Counted from the whole stretch's first letter, positions 1-10,752 are shown. The stretch: 62,841 nt of DNA, filler included, from Candidatus Woesearchaeota archaeon (GCA_003650545.1; 12 parts of 12 records of this genome joined end to end with filler, not necessarily neighbours in it), one strand, 5' to 3'. The notes: generated from the sequence alone by a model not told the origin. A program made the numbers and translations.

Positions 1-2
1 CA

Positions 3-2066
3 TCAGGATGTATAGATGAGGATGGGATTTTGTATAATGCAACAGGCAATAGAACAGCATTATATCAGATGACAGGAGGCAGAACACCGAATTTGACTAT
101 TAATCAAACCGACCTATCGAATTTTATAAAAGATTTTTGTAATGATACAGGCGTTTGCATGGCAATGGTCTGCCAAAATAAATCAATAGGGCCATGGTGG
201 CATCTATGGTGGCAGGAAACAACATTAAAAGGCGGACAATGCTGGATTATAAAAGGTAATGCAACAGGTGGAGAAACTATTGATGATCTAAAAGATGATT
301 TAGATAGTGAGTATGCGCCTTTTAGAATAGGCGCCGGCTCTTCATTTTTAGACGGGATAATAAACGATTATTATACTAACTGTACTGCAGGAATGAAGGC
401 AAAATGGCTGTTTTCAACATCTGATAATAGAATTCATCCACATCCTGATAGAGAAAGATTAGAAAGGATTTTAGAAAGAAATCAAATGCCCATAATTGTC
501 ATTCCAAAAGGCGAGGCTGATCTGTCTTTTACAAATGACCCTCCTGCATATATTGGATCAAGTCAAGTTGGTAGAGTTGATGAAGTTAGGAGATTAATAA
601 ATGATTCTTTTAAGGATAAAGACGGAAATACAATAGGACCAGTGATTATCATTTTAGAACAAGGGGCTGAATTATCTGATGCAGAATGTATTTTAGATGA
701 AGCGTCAGTTATAAAAGAATCTTATCCAGAAGTTTTGATTGCTGTTGACCCACCAAAAGAAAATAGAACTGAGTTTTTGGATATTGTGATAAAAGGAGAA
801 GGCGCCTCTGCTGTTCCTTGTAAAAATACTGCAACAGGAGAGATAAATTTTTCTTTTTGTGTTGATATGATAGCAGAAGATATTATATTTAATGATTATA
901 AAAACTGCAACGGCCATTATGTTGCTGCGCAGGTGCTTTATGCCGGCTTGGGAAATTTAAGAGACTATAGAAAACCAACAATTATCTATTCTTTTGGCGG
1001 ATATCCTGGAAATAATACAAACAACACATGCCAGTGGTTTGATACTGATATTGCAAATACTTATGAAACATTTATGAGAGATATTCCTGGTTTTGTGCAT
1101 GCAGGCATATTAGGCATGCAGCAGTGCAGATTAACAAACGATACTGCTAATATCAATCCTTTATGCAATAACAGCAATTATTCTGTGCTAAGAAAGTTTT
1201 ATGCACCCGGAGATCCTGATGAAGAAATCAGGCCTTTTAAGGTTTGGACTGTTAATTCCTGGGGATATGTAACTACTTCATCTCAATGCCCATTAATGTT
1301 TTCTGAAAATGGGGTAGGAACAGCCTGCTTAAAACTAATCAATCTACAATGGTTTAACCCTGATTATTTCTTAAATCCTCCAACAGAAGATGAACCATAT
1401 GAAGAAAGATCATATTCAGATATTGAATACACATTTTATGACGATGATTTTGAGGAATTAAAACAGATAGGAGATGAAGCATTAGATTTAAACAATATTT
1501 ATGAAGGCCATAATACATGCGTGCCTGCTTTTGTTTGCGGTGTTCATAAAAAATTTGGTGCTAGTCTTTTAGGAATTAGTGGTGGGTATGCTAGTATTAC
1601 TAATGATGAGTGTGCTTTAAATCTGACTGTGGCTGGATATGCAGACAGATACGATTTGGATATTTATTTAATATATGCGATTGTTAATGTAGAAGGTGAT
1701 GGGGATTTAAATAATAAAAGCCACGAATTTTACATGTCTTATAGGGAATGCCAGGAATTAATCAAGGAATATGAAGACCTTTCTTTTGGTGCAGACAATG
1801 TTAAAGATAGAGAACAGTGTTTAATCGCATTAGCATATTATGATTATTATAAAATAAAAGAATCTGGTGGAGAATACGGCGAATATGCTGAAGAACTGCT
1901 TAGGGGATTTAAGACGAATCCTGAGGGCCAAACATATTTTCTTCAGTACTTGAGTTATAAAAAAGATATGTTCCCAACAGATGCAAGAGACGCTCTTTAT
2001 TATTATGCAGGTTATCTTCGGGCCTGTGATTGGTACTATAAGTATGAAAACAGATGTTTTGACTGA
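3..2066 (+). CDS. Large Cys-rich hypothetical, probably secreted/surface protein, 5'-truncated; possible degenerate SLT/lysozyme-like C-terminal domain
   Basis: Frame is open from the window edge (SGCIDEDGILYNATG...). Many Cys and N-x-S/T sequons. C-terminal YADRYDLDIYLIYAIVNVEG resembles SLT motif I. Confidence 0.6.
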   Translation, partial: SGCIDEDGILYNATGNRTALYQMTGGRTPNLTINQTDLSNFIKDFCNDTGVCMAMVCQNKSIGPWWHLWWQETTLKGGQCWIIKGNATGGETIDDLKDDLDSEYAPFRIGAGSSFLDGIINDYYTNCTAGMKAKWLFSTSDNRIHPHPDRERLERILERNQMPIIVIPKGEADLSFTNDPPAYIGSSQVGRVDEVRRLINDSFKDKDGNTIGPVIIILEQGAELSDAECILDEASVIKESYPEVLIAVDPPKENRTEFLDIVIKGEGASAVPCKNTATGEINFSFCVDMIAEDIIFNDYKNCNGHYVAAQVLYAGLGNLRDYRKPTIIYSFGGYPGNNTNNTCQWFDTDIANTYETFMRDIPGFVHAGILGMQQCRLTNDTANINPLCNNSNYSVLRKFYAPGDPDEEIRPFKVWTVNSWGYVTTSSQCPLMFSENGVGTACLKLINLQWFNPDYFLNPPTEDEPYEERSYSDIEYTFYDDDFEELKQIGDEALDLNNIYEGHNTCVPAFVCGVHKKFGASLLGISGGYASITNDECALNLTVAGYADRYDLDIYLIYAIVNVEGDGDLNNKSHEFYMSYRECQELIKEYEDLSFGADNVKDREQCLIALAYYDYYKIKESGGEYGEYAEELLRGFKTNPEGQTYFLQYLSYKKDMFPTDARDALYYYAGYLRACDWYYKYENRCFD

Positions 2067-2104
2067 TTAAAAAGATAAAAAGAAAAAAGTTTAGAACTTA
2101 AATT

Positions 2105-3010
2105 TTAAAGTTCTACTTTAATTTTCAGCTCTTTTTTGAGCTCTCTGTATCTGTTTCTAATTGTTACTTCTGTGACGCCTGCTACATCTGCGACTTCTTT
2201 TTGTGTTCTGCGCTCGCCGTATATTGCGCTGGATATATACACAGCTGCTGCTGCAACGCCTGTTGGGCCTCTTCCTGAGATTAGTCCTTTTTTAACTGCT
2301 TTTTTAAGAATTTGTATTGCTTTTTCCTGTACTTTTCCGCTAAGTCTTAAAGAAGCGCAGAATTTAGGTACATAGCTTCCTGGGTTTGTTAATGGAACTT
2401 CTAAATCCAATTCTCTTCTTATAAATCTGTATGCTCTGCCGATCTCTTTTTTCTCTAAACCAGCAACTCTTGCGATCTCGTCTAAAGTTCTAGGAATATT
2501 TTGCAGTCTGCATGTAGCATAAATAACAGCTGCAACAACACTTTCAATTAAACGCCCGCGTATAAGCTCTGCTTTAACGCATTTCCTATATAATAAAGCA
2601 GCACTTTCTCTGGTGCTGTCAGATAATCCTAAATATGAAGCAATTCTGTCCAGTTCTCCTAATGCAATTGCCAAATTTCTTTCCATAGAAGAGGCTATAG
2701 AAGCCCTTTTATGCCATTTTCTAATCCTATGCAACTGGGCTTGTTTTTTAGGTGATATCTTAGCTCCTCTAATGTCTCTATTATATTGATCAATCTCAGT
2801 TACTAAACCTTTATTAGGTCTCATATATTTGATAGGCGCTCCTCCTCTTGCTCTTTTGCTTCTTTGTTCAGCATCAAAAGCCCTCCATTCAGGACCTACA
2901 TCAGCTATTTCTTCACTAACAACGCACCCACACTTCTTACAAATAAGCTCTCCTTTTTCATAATCCCTAATAAATTCTGTTGAACCACAATTTGGACATT
3001 TTTTCTTCAT
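2105..3010 (-). CDS. tfb: Transcription initiation factor IIB (TFB)
   Basis: Zn ribbon CPNC...CKKC, B-reader GPEWRAF, two cyclin repeats, C-terminal RTQKEVADVAGVTEVTIRNRYREL; GAGGTGA RBS upstream. Confidence 0.97.
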   Translation of the reverse strand: MKKKCPNCGSTEFIRDYEKGELICKKCGCVVSEEIADVGPEWRAFDAEQRSKRARGGAPIKYMRPNKGLVTEIDQYNRDIRGAKISPKKQAQLHRIRKWHKRASIASSMERNLAIALGELDRIASYLGLSDSTRESAALLYRKCVKAELIRGRLIESVVAAVIYATCRLQNIPRTLDEIARVAGLEKKEIGRAYRFIRRELDLEVPLTNPGSYVPKFCASLRLSGKVQEKAIQILKKAVKKGLISGRGPTGVAAAAVYISSAIYGERRTQKEVADVAGVTEVTIRNRYRELKKELKIKVEL

Positions 3011-3071
3011 ATTTTCACCTCAACACCTCAGCTTCTTCTTAATGCATAGCCATTGCCAGAATTAGCATTAG

Positions 3072-3087
3072 ATTTATAAATCTTTTG
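3072..3087 (-). promoter_or_regulatory. Archaeal BRE/TATA promoter of tfb
   Basis: Minus strand reads CAAAAGATTTATAAAT about 60-75 nt upstream of the tfb ATG. Confidence 0.55.
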
Positions 3088-3374
3088 CATATTTTTTATG
3101 TTCACAATCCTTTTTAAATCTTTCGGCAATTTCTGAAGTATTTAGATATTTTATTTGCTTTTTTATTTTTGGTTTTTTCATTTGTTTTTCTTAAAAGACA
3201 AAATGTAAACAAAATGTTTTCCTTAAAGAACAAAATGTAAAACACAATTAAATAACGTTTTGGGATGTTTTAGTTAATTAAGGTGTTTAAATATCAAAAT
3301 AAGTGTCAAGCAAGTTTTCTGATACTTATAAATTGCAACATATTTTGAGTAAAATTATTGCACAAACTTTTTTC

Positions 3375-4973
3375 TTATGTTTCTCCTCGTAGGCGCGCCT
3401 TTACAAAGTTTTTATCTAAAGATCCTATGAATGGCACAAGTCTTGGGCCTTTATCTCTCCCTAGTAGAAGTGCATAACAAATCTGGAAAAATCGTTTTAA
3501 TTTAACACCGCTGGTTTTTGTTATCTCCTGAATCTTTTTTATCTGCTCCTCTTCTGGCATATCCAGCACAGAAGCAAATTCTGTTAACACATTTTTCTCA
3601 TTTGGTGTCAACTCTTTGAACTCTCTGACTGCTTCTTCTTTTGAAATAATCTCTATCTTGAATTCAGGCGCCGCATAATGGGTAACCCAATAATGGGCTC
3701 TTTTTAATCGATCTCTTGCTAGCGCCTCATTTTTATCATCAACATGTCCCAACCCCTTTAATCTTTTGATTGCTTTATCTTCATCCATTAGCTGCATTAA
3801 GGTTGCTGCAAATGCATAGCTTATTCTGTTAGGATATTCTTTTGGTATCTTATTCATAGTCATCTCATACATTCTTTTAGTGTTTTCCTCACGCAATGGG
3901 CTTGAGATCTCTGCTTTGCTTTTGCCGAAATAAATCCTTTCTGCCTCGTCAAATTCATCTACTAATCTGAATATATGGGCTAATTCAAAATCCCTTTGTT
4001 TTTCAGGCCTTTTTGTGTAAAAATAATTGAATGCTTCTGGCTCCATAATCTTAACCATGTCCTGAGGGATAAAAACATTCCCAACAGAAGCGCTCATTTT
4101 TCTGCCGTCAACTAAGAAGAACTCATAAACAAAAGGAATTGGCGGCTCTTTTTCATATATTCTTTTCATAATCTCTTTGCCTGACGGCCACGATCCTTCT
4201 GCATGGTCTTTGCCAAAAGGCTCATACGTAGTATTAAATATCCCCCATAACGCAGGCCACTCAAACCTCCACTGCAGTTTTCCTTCAGACCATGGAACCC
4301 AGCCTTCAAAACCGCATCCTGCTGTTTTTCTGCCTTTTATTGGTTTTCCACGGCATGTTATATGAACCATTTTTTTATCTAAATCAAAATCATCAACATT
4401 AGATAGTGTTTTGCATTTAGGGCAGATAGCGTCAAATGGAATATACTCCTTTGATTTTGTCCTCTGCCATTTACTTATGATCTCTCCTACTAATTTTCTT
4501 TTTTCAAAAACCATTTTTATATACGGCTCAAACTTGCCTTCTTTGTATAATTTATTAACTGAGAAAAACATAGGATAAACCCCTATACCATCAAGTCCTT
4601 TTTTCCATACGTTTGTAAAATGCTCAGCCCATGAGGAACAGCACCCAAAAGGATCCGGAACCAGGAAAAGCGGTTTTCCCAACCATTTTTTTAAATCAGG
4701 AAATTCAGATGTATTATGCCACACACCATTTAGATCAACCAGGCGCAATGGAATGCCTTTTAATGGATCTCTGTCATCTGTCATATGCACAAATTCACAT
4801 TCCTTTTCGCGCAGTATAATCGACTTATAAACAAAGTATGCACGCATAACATCATTTAGATTGCCTATGTGTTTTCCTCCGCTAGGCGTTTCCTGGCATT
4901 TAATATTAGGCACGCGCCCTTCCTTTTCAGCGCGTTCTATTACTTTGTCTGCTAATTGATCAGCCCAAAACAT
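3375..4973 (-). CDS. lysS: Class I lysyl-tRNA synthetase
   Basis: MFWAD N-terminus, TPSGGKHIGN (HIGH-like), KLQWRFEWPALW, EPFGKDH, KMSAS (KMSKS-like), C-terminal GPRL. Start set at ATG 4973 after a GGGGGA RBS. Confidence 0.96.
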   Translation of the reverse strand: MFWADQLADKVIERAEKEGRVPNIKCQETPSGGKHIGNLNDVMRAYFVYKSIILREKECEFVHMTDDRDPLKGIPLRLVDLNGVWHNTSEFPDLKKWLGKPLFLVPDPFGCCSSWAEHFTNVWKKGLDGIGVYPMFFSVNKLYKEGKFEPYIKMVFEKRKLVGEIISKWQRTKSKEYIPFDAICPKCKTLSNVDDFDLDKKMVHITCRGKPIKGRKTAGCGFEGWVPWSEGKLQWRFEWPALWGIFNTTYEPFGKDHAEGSWPSGKEIMKRIYEKEPPIPFVYEFFLVDGRKMSASVGNVFIPQDMVKIMEPEAFNYFYTKRPEKQRDFELAHIFRLVDEFDEAERIYFGKSKAEISSPLREENTKRMYEMTMNKIPKEYPNRISYAFAATLMQLMDEDKAIKRLKGLGHVDDKNEALARDRLKRAHYWVTHYAAPEFKIEIISKEEAVREFKELTPNEKNVLTEFASVLDMPEEEQIKKIQEITKTSGVKLKRFFQICYALLLGRDKGPRLVPFIGSLDKNFVKARLRGET

Positions 4974-5037
4974 AACAGTCCCCCATAATTTTTGGAATGT
5001 TAAACACATATAGGATAAAAGTTTTATAAATATACTA

Positions 5038-5332
5038 TTATTTTTTCTTAAAACTTTCTTTTATTTGTTTTTTAGCCTGGTGCATGCACTCTTTTAGTAT
5101 CGGCGCTGGGTCGTCTGTGTCAAAATTGATGCCTGATGCATAAGGATGGCCTCCTCCTTCACCACCGAATTTTTCTGCAAGCACTTTTATTATTTCCGTT
5201 AAATCTACGCCAGAACCCAGCCATGTCCGCGCTGAAATTTTAATCTTTGTTTTTTCCTCTCTTGGAACAGCAATAAATGCAACATCTGCTATATTTTCGC
5301 TTAAGATAGTGCATATATTGCCTGCAAAAGAC
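5038..5332 (-). CDS. DHH-family phosphoesterase, C-terminal DHHA1 domain (5'-truncated)
   Basis: Manual translation gives ...KIKISART...FGGEGGGHPYASG...KK*, with the GGGHxxA motif of DHHA1. Absent from the ORF track. Confidence 0.8.
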
Positions 5333-5432
5333 NNNNNNNNNNNNNNNNNNNNNNNNNNNNNNNNNNNNNNNNNNNNTTAATTAATTAANNNNNNNNNNNN
5401 NNNNNNNNNNNNNNNNNNNNNNNNNNNNNNNN
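5333..5432. other. Artificial contig-joining spacer (first of 11)
   Basis: N44-TTAATTAATTAA-N44, which has stops in all frames. Identical spacers at 10753-10852, 16159-16258, 21543-21642, 26880-26979, 32214-32313, 37493-37592, 42767-42866, 47896-47995, 52894-52993, 57882-57981. Segment lengths fall monotonically from 5332 to 4860. Confidence 0.99.
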
Positions 5433-5433
5433 G

Positions 5434-5571
5434 ACGCTGGTGGAGGGTGATTTGGCGGCGGGTCATCACGCTGCGTTGTGGGACGCTGAAGATGCATCGG
5501 CGGGCGTCTATCTGGTTCGGATGGAGTCCGCTGGTTTCAGCGCGGTTCGCAAGGTCGCTCTGGTGAAGTAA
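5434..5571 (+). CDS. C-terminal T9SS type A-like sorting domain of a secreted protein (5'-truncated)
   Basis: TLVEGDLAAGHHAALWDAEDASAGVYLVRMESAGFSAVRKVALVK* shows the GxY...K CTD pattern. Confidence 0.8.
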   Translation, partial: TLVEGDLAAGHHAALWDAEDASAGVYLVRMESAGFSAVRKVALVK

Positions 5572-5604
5572 GTCGACCGATCATTCATCGGATTCCAACC
5601 TTCG

Positions 5605-5649
5605 AACTCCCCGGCTCGTGTCCGGATTCCGATCGGGTCGGGGAGTTTT
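5605..5649 (+). terminator. Probable intrinsic terminator hairpin
   Basis: AACTCCCCGGCTCG ... CGGGTCGGGGAGTT stem with two G:U pairs, ending in a T run, about 35 nt after the stop codon. Confidence 0.6.
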
Positions 5650-5862
5650 AAACGGACATTCACATGTAACAATCGTAACGAGAATATCCTAAGAACGAAC
5701 TTGGAGCGGTTGCGGCGGACGCGTGAACCTGTAACATACCAACCTCTCAGTAAACTATGGGTCAAACAGAGGCTGCAGCCGCTCCCTGTTTGCATAACGG
5801 ATATGAAAAATCAACGGGGTTTCTAAGACGTAAATTTCAGAAACTTAACTACTGGAGGCGAC

Positions 5863-8115
5863 ATGTCGATCAGACGAGCCATCATCGGGTTGTTCGCGGT
5901 TATTTCAGCCTTTTCGACGCTCCTTAGAGCCGAGGATCGACCCGCACTGGGTGTGACTGCGCAGTTGCAGCATTATGAATGCGTCGGTGAAAACCTCGCA
6001 ATATTGCGAATGGAAGCAGGAATCCAACCGTTGACTATTCCCTCGCGCCCTTCCATAAGGGATTGGTCAACGTTGGGTATTGACGAGTGGCTGCCGCTCG
6101 ATTCCTGCTTTGCCTGGGCGAATATCCCTCCCGGCGACCGCTACGTCATCCGTTTGAATCTTCCCGGTCGCTGTGTGGAAGAGGTTTTGCCGGAGAACGA
6201 TCTGACCGATTACTGTATGGAAGCCGTAGCCCGTGCACCCCGCTGGGTGCGGGCGGATCTGATCAACAATCTGAACCGCATCACCGGCGAATTCGGCGAT
6301 GAGTTCCGCGAATGGAACGCCGCCTCGATCCTGGAGGCTGAAGACCCCTATGTGGACGAAATTGCGTTCGCCATCGCGCACATTTCGCCGAACCTGCTGG
6401 GGGATCTGGCTGTCCCACCGGAACTCATCGTGGAGAACGTGGAGACTATTTACGCAGCCGACGAATATCTGGATTATGTCCGGATTGTCGATCACGGCGA
6501 AGTCGGTGACGACGACTACTGGACGACCCTCGAATACAATATCAAAACGGCGGATGATGACACGATCCAGGTGGAGATCGATCCCGAGATTTACTACTGG
6601 TATGTGGTTCATCCGCGGGTCACGGAAGAGGTGCCGCAGTTCATCAATCCGGCCACTGGTCGCTCGGCACAACCACCGCGGGGTGTCTTCTGGCGGGACT
6701 TTCTTTTGAATCATCCCGACGAGGGTTATCCTTCGTTGCGTGAAGTTCTCGAGGATTGCGGAGTGATGTGGAGCAATCTGTTCAATGACGGTTCACCTGA
6801 CAACGGTGCGGTAGGGATAATCACGAATTGGATTCAGACGGTTTTGGATTTCGATTGCCGGGAGGAACGACCCAATCAACCGGTGCGGATTTATCGTCTG
6901 CATATGGGTCGGTGCGGCGAACATTCCGACCTGGTGGCAGCTGCCGCTCGTTCGGCGCTGATTCCCTGCATCTGCAATATGACGTTCTGCAACGACCACA
7001 CATGGAATGAGTTTTGGGACGGGCATTGGATTTCGTGGGAACCGGTCAACACGTTCGTCGGCGATTCGCTGCACTATGAGAACGGGTGGGACTGGGTATT
7101 TCCGGCCGTTTGGGACTGGCGCAGCGACGGCTTCGTCTGGACGGTGACCGAACGCTACAGCGAGGGGGTTGCCGATCTGAACGTTCTTATCACTTCCCGC
7201 GGTCATCCTGTGGACGGTGCGAAGATCATGCTTGCCAGCGAAAACAACGGCGGCGGTTTCTCGCCAGCCACTTGGGGTTACACCAACGCTGAGGGTCGAG
7301 TTTCTTTCAAGGTCGGCGATGATCGCACTATTTACATTCGTGTGGAAAGCGAAGTCGGCAGCTTCCCGCCCCAAGCTAACACCGTAACGCGCATTATCGC
7401 AAATGTTCGTGCGGATGCGGTTTACGATTGGGATCACAATTTCAATCGCCGAATTGCGCTGGTATCTCCGGATGACGCTGAAGAGCCGGGTAATCCGACG
7501 AATCATTTCCATCTGAACGTCAATTACGAACTGCTCAGCGAGACGGTGAACGGTCAGATATTCCGGGACTCGGAGTTTTTCGCAGAAATTGCTTCCGGCA
7601 GGCTCGATTTCTTCATCTGCGACGAGGACAACTACCGGCTATATACCGAGGGTGAGGATTTCTCAGCTTTCAGCAGCGGTGCGCTGACGGGTGACGGCGA
7701 GATACAGTTCACGCTTCCGACCGACGGAGCATGGTATGCGGTATTCAGCAACGAGAACCACTTGGCTAACTACATGCTGGCGCGGATAGAAACTCGACTC
7801 TACCGCGACGAGAACGTAGCGGTCGGTGACGACCTGGCGGGTAAAGTCCCGGTCGGATATCGGCTTTACCAGAATTATCCCAACCCGTTCAACTCCCGCA
7901 CCAACATAGCTTTCGATATAATAAAAGGGGGAAAGACTAAGGTCACTATCTTTGACATGACCGGTCGCGAGCTGTTCGCAATGCCGTTGGGGGTGATTTC
8001 ATCGGGGCAGCACATTTTGCCGTTAAATGCTGCGATGTTGAATACTGGATCGTATCTTTACCAAGTGGAATGCGGGGATTTCAAGGCGCAGAAGACGATG
8101 ATACTTATCAGGTGA
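5863..8115 (+). CDS. Secreted transglutaminase-like protein with T9SS type A-like C-terminal domain
   Basis: Signal peptide; GRCGEH...DHTWNEFWDGHWISWEP core (Cys-His-acid); C-terminal YPNPFNS...GSYLY...K; GGAGG RBS. Confidence 0.85.
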   Translation: MSIRRAIIGLFAVISAFSTLLRAEDRPALGVTAQLQHYECVGENLAILRMEAGIQPLTIPSRPSIRDWSTLGIDEWLPLDSCFAWANIPPGDRYVIRLNLPGRCVEEVLPENDLTDYCMEAVARAPRWVRADLINNLNRITGEFGDEFREWNAASILEAEDPYVDEIAFAIAHISPNLLGDLAVPPELIVENVETIYAADEYLDYVRIVDHGEVGDDDYWTTLEYNIKTADDDTIQVEIDPEIYYWYVVHPRVTEEVPQFINPATGRSAQPPRGVFWRDFLLNHPDEGYPSLREVLEDCGVMWSNLFNDGSPDNGAVGIITNWIQTVLDFDCREERPNQPVRIYRLHMGRCGEHSDLVAAAARSALIPCICNMTFCNDHTWNEFWDGHWISWEPVNTFVGDSLHYENGWDWVFPAVWDWRSDGFVWTVTERYSEGVADLNVLITSRGHPVDGAKIMLASENNGGGFSPATWGYTNAEGRVSFKVGDDRTIYIRVESEVGSFPPQANTVTRIIANVRADAVYDWDHNFNRRIALVSPDDAEEPGNPTNHFHLNVNYELLSETVNGQIFRDSEFFAEIASGRLDFFICDEDNYRLYTEGEDFSAFSSGALTGDGEIQFTLPTDGAWYAVFSNENHLANYMLARIETRLYRDENVAVGDDLAGKVPVGYRLYQNYPNPFNSRTNIAFDIIKGGKTKVTIFDMTGRELFAMPLGVISSGQHILPLNAAMLNTGSYLYQVECGDFKAQKTMILIR

Positions 8116-8119
8116 CAGG

Positions 8120-8695
8120 TTGAAAAGCAAGGACAATTTGGCAATCTCCCACTCACCGGGGATATCCCTTCTTAATAGATCGGCAACGGCAATCCTTCCG
8201 ATAATCGGATTTACGCTCCTGACTTCTTTCGGCGCGGCAGTGAGGATACCGCTGCCGTTCACACCCGTTCCGATCACCCTTCAGACGTTTTTCGTCCTGC
8301 TGGCGGGATTGATGCTGGGGTCTTATAGGGGCGCGCTAAGCCAACTCCTCTATCTTCTGTGGGGGATCAGCGGCGCGCCCCTGTTTGCCGGCAGTGCCGC
8401 CGGGATGGCGGTGCTGCTGGGTCCGACCGGTGGATACCTGATAGGCTTTGTGACGTCGGCATGGCTGGTGGGGCGGCTTGTCCACAGCAACACACAGCCA
8501 GTGACGGTCGTTGCGTGGGTATCTTTGGGCAGTCTGACGATCCTTCTGTGCGGCTGGTTGTGGCTGTTGGCTTTCCACATCGGCGGAGCGATCGGGGCTT
8601 TCCAACTCGGGGTTTTACCCTTCCTGCCCGGCGACGTCCTCAAGACGCTCGCTGCCTCCGGAATTTATCTCTCTTACAGAAGAGCGATCCGCTGA
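8120..8695 (+). CDS. bioY: Biotin transporter BioY (ECF S component)
   Basis: IPLPFTPVPITLQTF, GPTGGYLIGF and PFLPGDVLK signatures; hydrophobic throughout. Confidence 0.95.
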   Translation: MKSKDNLAISHSPGISLLNRSATAILPIIGFTLLTSFGAAVRIPLPFTPVPITLQTFFVLLAGLMLGSYRGALSQLLYLLWGISGAPLFAGSAAGMAVLLGPTGGYLIGFVTSAWLVGRLVHSNTQPVTVVAWVSLGSLTILLCGWLWLLAFHIGGAIGAFQLGVLPFLPGDVLKTLAASGIYLSYRRAIR

Positions 8696-8825
8696 CGCAG
8701 TGGATTTGATAGTTGCATTGAAACGGCTGAGTCGGCGGCTCACAGAAGATGCATCTTCAGGTGGGGCTTCACACCTTATCGAATGATATTCAGTCAAATG
8801 AATCAATAACATAAGGACAATCGAT

Positions 8826-9512
8826 TTGGAACCATACGTAACCTCAGAAAACATCGACAGAAAGGCGCAGCAGTGGCTCGAAAGGATCGCGCCTTTCAAT
8901 CAGCATCGGATGCAGCTAAACCCGGACAAAGCTGCTCTGCTCGTAATCGACATGCAGGACTTCTTCCTGGACCCGTCTTCGCCGACCTTCACCTGCGGCG
9001 GTCTGGCAATAATCCCAACATTGAAAAGACTCATTGACACTTTTAGGAAGGCAAAACGTCCGGTGATCTTCACCCGGCACGTTCACAATCCCAATCTTTC
9101 CGATGCCGGAATAATGGGTTGGTGGTGGGAGGGCATGTGTCTTGAAGGCAGCCCGGAAAGCGAGGTGCACAAAGACATTGCCCCGCTTCAGAGCGAGAAA
9201 GTCATCCTCAAGCATCGCTATTCGGCTTTCTACAACACCGATCTGGAGACCGTGCTGCGTTGTCTGAAGGTTGAAGATATAGTCGTTTCCGGCATAATGA
9301 CTAATCTATGCTGCGAGTCTACGGCACGCGACGCTTATTTCCGCGACTATCGGGTGTTCTTCTTGGCTGACGGCACCGGAGCGATCAACGAGGAGATGCA
9401 TCTGGCGAGTCTGCTCAATCTCGCCTTCGGTTTCGCCTATGTGACAACTGCCGAAGATGTGATACAGCAGTTAGGTAAGAGTGACCATTCAACAGCTTCG
9501 GATCAACTATGA
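8826..9512 (+). CDS. Isochorismatase-family cysteine hydrolase
   Basis: ALLVIDMQDFF, KHRYSAF and GIMTNLCCESTARDA give the Asp-Lys-Cys triad. Confidence 0.93.
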   Translation: MEPYVTSENIDRKAQQWLERIAPFNQHRMQLNPDKAALLVIDMQDFFLDPSSPTFTCGGLAIIPTLKRLIDTFRKAKRPVIFTRHVHNPNLSDAGIMGWWWEGMCLEGSPESEVHKDIAPLQSEKVILKHRYSAFYNTDLETVLRCLKVEDIVVSGIMTNLCCESTARDAYFRDYRVFFLADGTGAINEEMHLASLLNLAFGFAYVTTAEDVIQQLGKSDHSTASDQL

Positions 9513-10752
9513 ATCTTGTTCTATTTGTGATCGTTTCAACATTTGCGGTATCATCCAGCCCTGCCAACGACGGTCTGGATTCGCTGCTTCAGGTTCAGCG
9601 GGAACGAGCGGGCATTTATGCTGAGCGACTGTTTCGGGTCATTGACAATTGCAGCGATAAAGAACCAAACCCCGAAGAACTATCCGACTTACGTTTTCTG
9701 ATCGCTTACCTTCCTCTTTCCGATCTGGCGTCTGTCGATGGTGAGGCACTTCTTGAAAATGTCAAGTTGGCACGGGAAGCGATGAACAGGTTTTCATGGG
9801 GTGAAATCATTCCGGAAGAGGTCTATCGTCATTTTGTCCTGCCTCATCGGGTAACGCAGGAGCCGTTCGTTCGCGGTTGGCGGGAAAGATTCTTTGAGGA
9901 GTTGACGCCACGGGTTGAGGGATTATCAATGGAAGAGGCAGCGTTGGAGGTCAACCACTGGTGTCATGAAAAGGCGACTTTCAAATCGACCACTCGACGT
10001 CACCAGGACCCGCTAACAACCATCCGTGCCGGATACGGGCGCTGCGGTGAGGAGACGATCCTGGGTGTCGCAGCGCTTCGTTCCGTCGGCATCCCGGCGC
10101 GTTCCGCAGCCACTCTTTTCTGGCCTCATCGTGACAATAACCATGCATGGGTCGAGGTATGGGTGGACTGTCGCTGGCGCTATCTCGGCGCCTGCGAACC
10201 GGAGCCTGAACTTGATCGCGCCTGGTTCACGAAAGATGCGGCGAGGACGATGCTGACAGTCGCAACCGCCTACGGCGACTATCATGGAGATGAACCTGTT
10301 CTGAAGCGATACGGACGATCGACGCTGCTCAACACGACCCCAAATTACGCTCCGACGCGGGAGCTTGAATTGACCTTGCTGAATAATAGCGGGCAACCGG
10401 CAGCCGGTGAAAGGATTGTTTTCAATCTGTTCAATTTCGGTTCGATTATGCCGTCGCTGGCGCTTGAGACCGATTCGGACGGCGTCTGCCGACTGCCCTG
10501 TGGGAAGGGAAATTGGCTGATCAGCACCGGGTATAATAATGATATTTTCTTTCATCATCTGAAAGCCGATAGTGAGAAAGTAATTCTTCGTTCCGATGAA
10601 TTGACTGATATTGAACGCTTAACAGAATTCACCTTCACACCGCCGCCTGAACCGCAGCTACTACCGTTTGCACCCCATGACAGCCTTTTCAGTCGGCGGC
10701 TGGCAACGGAAGACAGTTTGCGCGAGATTGAGGTGTGGAAAGCATGGTCTTA
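9509..10752 (+). CDS. Secreted transglutaminase-like protein (3'-truncated)
   Basis: Signal peptide; VNHWCHE, GRCGEE, RSVGIPAR, NNHAWVEVW, LGACEPEP motifs; runs into the gap. Confidence 0.88.

Noticed and set aside
5508..10558. Long antisense and alternative-frame ORFs in the GC-rich contig (e.g. 6067-6714, 6793-7512, 10013-10558)
   Set aside because: Shadow ORFs overlapping well-supported genes, as expected at high GC.
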